From positions 1-24,056 of the forward strand of contig NW_021836472.1 in NCBI RefSeq assembly GCF_006345805.1: a stretch of DNA of 24,056 bases, in the 5' to 3' direction. The translations under genes were made by a program, and so were the position numbers. This document shows positions 21,174 through 24,056 of this stretch, piece by piece. Every line of letters begins with the position of its first letter. Within the stretch, counting starts at the first letter, position 1. The notes beneath the pieces were generated by a model, which saw nothing but the letters and a program-made list of their open reading frames with translations, searched no databases and was not told where the DNA came from. Source of the stretch: Octopus sinensis (taxonomy: Eukaryota).

Positions 21174-21789
21174 ACAATTTAATAAATAAAAACATTACAT
21201 ACATACATATATGTACATACCTACATCTATATGTATATATACATGCATATATGAGTACAGGACACCACAAATAAACGTAGAACACAACGAGAAAACGAAA
21301 AACATAAAAACAAAAACAAGGAAACGGACTTTTTTTACACAACGAAAAAACAGAGTACAAGACAAACAACACAAGGAGGAACATTCCCCTTCTTCAGCTG
21401 CTCCTGTTCCGACTCAATGCGTGTTTCGAAGGTAAGGGCAGAACACGACCACGCCGAAGCAGTCCTTCCCGCAAAATGAATTAAATAAAAATTTTTTGCT
21501 GAGGGGTAAAAAATAAATATATATATATATATATATATTTTATATATGTATGTAGGTGCGTGTGTGTGTGTGTGAGTGGTGTGTGTGAGTGTGTGTGTGT
21601 GTGTGTGTTAACCTATGTAGTATCTTAATAAACAGGGCTAATTTAGCTATTACCCCGTAGATTAAAAAGAAAATGATGAACAACCTAGCAAGGTTACCGC
21701 CTACACCAACGACAGTAGATGGCAGTGTATCCTGACATTGTATCTTATTGACTTATATTTATACTTATATTTGTATTTATATCTTATAT

Positions 21790-21920
21790 TTATCTTCTTG
21801 ACCCCAGAAAGACAAAAGGATTAGCTAACTTCGGCGACGTTTGAACTCACAATGTAACTGCCCATAACTAAAGACCGCGAGGTATTTTGTCCGATAATCG
21901 AACAATTTCCCTGCTTCATT
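21790..21920 (-). mobile_element. Highly degenerate SINE family 1
   Basis: ttgaccccagaaag...cttcggcgacgtttgaactcacaatgt aligns with the family 1 body. Confidence 0.6.
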
Positions 21921-22299
21921 AACACAGGAAAATCAGATATATTCTGGAGGGTGTCTAATCGAATTAATTTAACCGCATTATATCACTGGTACCAACCACT
22001 ATGTTATCACTTTATTTGTTAGAAATAGCCACCAAATCTCCTTCATATCATACGCTACAGTCTAAAGGAAGGCACACATCAGGCGGCCACGCATTATAGC
22101 CACAGGTCATCTGGGGCTGTACATAGTAACCACAGCTTTGCTCAAATGAATAGGAATGGTTCTCCGTCGGTTTTGACGATGAAGATTGAGTTGTTTGATC
22201 AGTTGAACTACAAACACGTTGAATTTGCATGTGAGTGACTGAGTATTCCGCAGGCAGGATCAGTATGGAACAGTTAGTCACAAGGCTGGACATTTAGAC

Positions 22300-22453
22300 G
22301 GACTCCCACTCATTACTGGTCAATCTGTTTTCACTCACAATTCATGAATTGAATCAAGGCCATAGTAAAAGACACTTGCAGAAAATGCCTCGCAGTGGGA
22401 TCGATCCCAGTACCTCGTGATTACAAAGCGAATTCCTTAACCATTTGGCCATA
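22300..22453 (-). mobile_element. Degenerate SINE family 2 5' half
   Basis: aggccatagtaaaagacacttgc...cgcagtgggatcgatccc...ttaaccatttggcc matches the family 2 head and core. Confidence 0.65.
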
Positions 22454-22832
22454 CTGATACAGTAACATTAATTTATCAGCGTCGTAATAAAGGAACACAT
22501 TTTGAGGGGTGGGCATAATTGTGTTATGTATATCTGTAACGACCAATTAATTGTTTGGATTAGACATAAGGGTATCGTTGGTGGTCATTTAATCCGCACC
22601 GCCCCCCTCCCGCACACCCACCCCGTCCTCGTGTTAATGACTGTTAATCGCGTTAATCCATTTCGATGATATCTGACTGTAAAGAGGTTATGTAAATAGA
22701 TAAAGGGTCGCTCAACGTGAAACAAATAGAAATCAAATCTCCATCAAATCACAGCCGTAAAAATAGATATGATTAACGTGTTGTGTTTGGATGGTCACGG
22801 TTTGAATGATTTCGGTTGGTCGCTTCGATCAG

Positions 22833-22840
22833 GTATAAGC

Positions 22841-22871
<31 letters not shown>

Positions 22872-23139
22872 GCAGCAACAGCAGCAACAGCAGCAGCAGC
22901 AGCAGCCGTCCAAGAATTTGGACCTGGAGATCTCCATTTCCAGTGACTTCGAGGGTCACCTCCCAGTGGTGTCGGGCGTCAACGAAGAGCCCTCGACTAC
23001 AACAAGACGACCAAAGTTTTTTTTTTCCAAGGTCTGGGGTCTCCTGCCCCTAAGCCCTAGACCATCACTTAATCACCCTTACCCATCTTGTTGCTTAACA
23101 ACAACAACAACAGCAGCAGCAGCAGTAGCAGGAACATGA
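22833..23139 (+). other. Candidate coding exon with a CAA/CAG polyQ tract
   Basis: AG acceptor at 22831-22832, then YK-Q(n)-PSKNLDLEISISSDFEGHLPVVSGVNEEPSTTTRRPK with GC-rich codons unlike the surrounding DNA. No homology recognised. Confidence 0.35.
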
Positions 23140-23344
23140 GAAGGAGGGACCTGTATGTGGCCAATGAACTTGCTAGAACTAGCAGCCAAATCTTTCTGAA
23201 AACCGATCTTAACTTTTAAAAGACGAAGTAAAAAAAAAAAATTACTGTATGTTGTCCTTGCTTCCACTGTCAGATGGAATGGTCATGGTTGGAATTTCTG
23301 GAAAGTCTGTTTTACTTTGAAATAAAAACGAAAACAAGCATCTC

Positions 23345-23374
23345 GCTCTCTATCACTACGACCACCACCATCGT

Positions 23375-23408
<34 letters not shown>

Positions 23409-23535
23409 TCCACCACCACCATCACCACCACCACCACTACCACCACTACAACCACTACAACCACCACCGCCGCCGCCCGCCACCACGACCACCACGACCA
23501 CCACCACTACTACTAACTACTACTACTACTACTAC
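23345..23535. repeat. Compound (ACT/ACC/CCA)n trinucleotide array
   Basis: Direct reading. Confidence 0.93.
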
Positions 23536-23811
23536 ATCCACCCCACACTCACAAACCAAAAGATGAAGGTGGCCTCTTAAGTGGATCTTAAAATCTGCTC
23601 GAAATAGCAGCCACAAATCTCCCGTGTGAAGTGGTTATCAAACCAGGAAACACTAAATAATGTAATCTTAGATTCATTTGTGTGAAAAACAAAAAAAAAA
23701 CAAAATTAAAGACGACGGTATGGTCACAAATGGAACGCCTTTGATCAATAGTGCAGGTCTCTTAGTGGAGATTTAGATTTTAAACAACAACAACAACAAT
23801 TACAATCATTC

Positions 23812-24056
23812 TTTCTTTCCTTCTTTTATTTCCCTTTCTTCCTTACATTTCTTCTCTTTCCTCTTTGCCCTCCCCTCCCCTTTTCTCACTCTTCCCTTAC
23901 CTCCTTCCCCCTCTTTCATCGACCTAACGTTTCCCTCATTCCCCGTCTCCCCTTCTTTCTCTTCCTTTTACTCTATCTCCCCACTGCCGTATTCCCCCCT
24001 CCCTCTCTCTCGCTCACATGATCTCCCTCTCATTACTCTCCTATCATAATCTTTTC
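23812..24056. repeat. Low-complexity polypyrimidine tract
   Basis: About 240 bp that are predominantly C/T. Confidence 0.9.

Noticed and set aside
4125-21435. Dozens of ORFs rich in YI, CV, TH and MYV repeats in the ORF track
   Set aside because: They are translations of (TA)n, (GT)n and (TATG)n microsatellites, which lack stops in some frames; no coding evidence.
21385-21435. Minus-strand GAAAC...GTC...CTGAAGA, a possible type II hammerhead
   Set aside because: Stem I (ggaacaggagcag) cannot pair and the core-proximal stem II pair is mismatched.
23274-23516. Poly-Thr/His and poly-Gly/Ser ORFs
   Set aside because: Products of the (ACT/ACC)n array with no flanking coding signal.

Overview
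AT-rich, microsatellite-saturated eukaryotic non-coding DNA (intronic or intergenic). The repeat families and overall texture suggest an Octopus/coleoid cephalopod genome; this is recognition from memory, not a database result. No complete protein-coding gene can be supported, and nearly all ORFs in the track are translated microsatellites. Supportable content: three families of tRNA-derived SINEs (about 12 copies or fragments), a decayed mariner (DD34D) transposon with an internally deleted transposase, several (TA)n-flanked cassettes including two long foldback inverted repeats, a degenerate minimal type I hammerhead ribozyme of the kind carried by Penelope-like elements, and two local duplications. 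A few exon-like islands, including a polyQ-encoding segment, can be chained into phase-consistent gene models on either strand, so they stay speculative. The best leads are the hammerhead relic, a stack of SINEs inserted repeatedly at one target with nested duplications, tail-swapped SINEs, and the TA-embedded foldback cassettes. I did not find a clearly new biological system.
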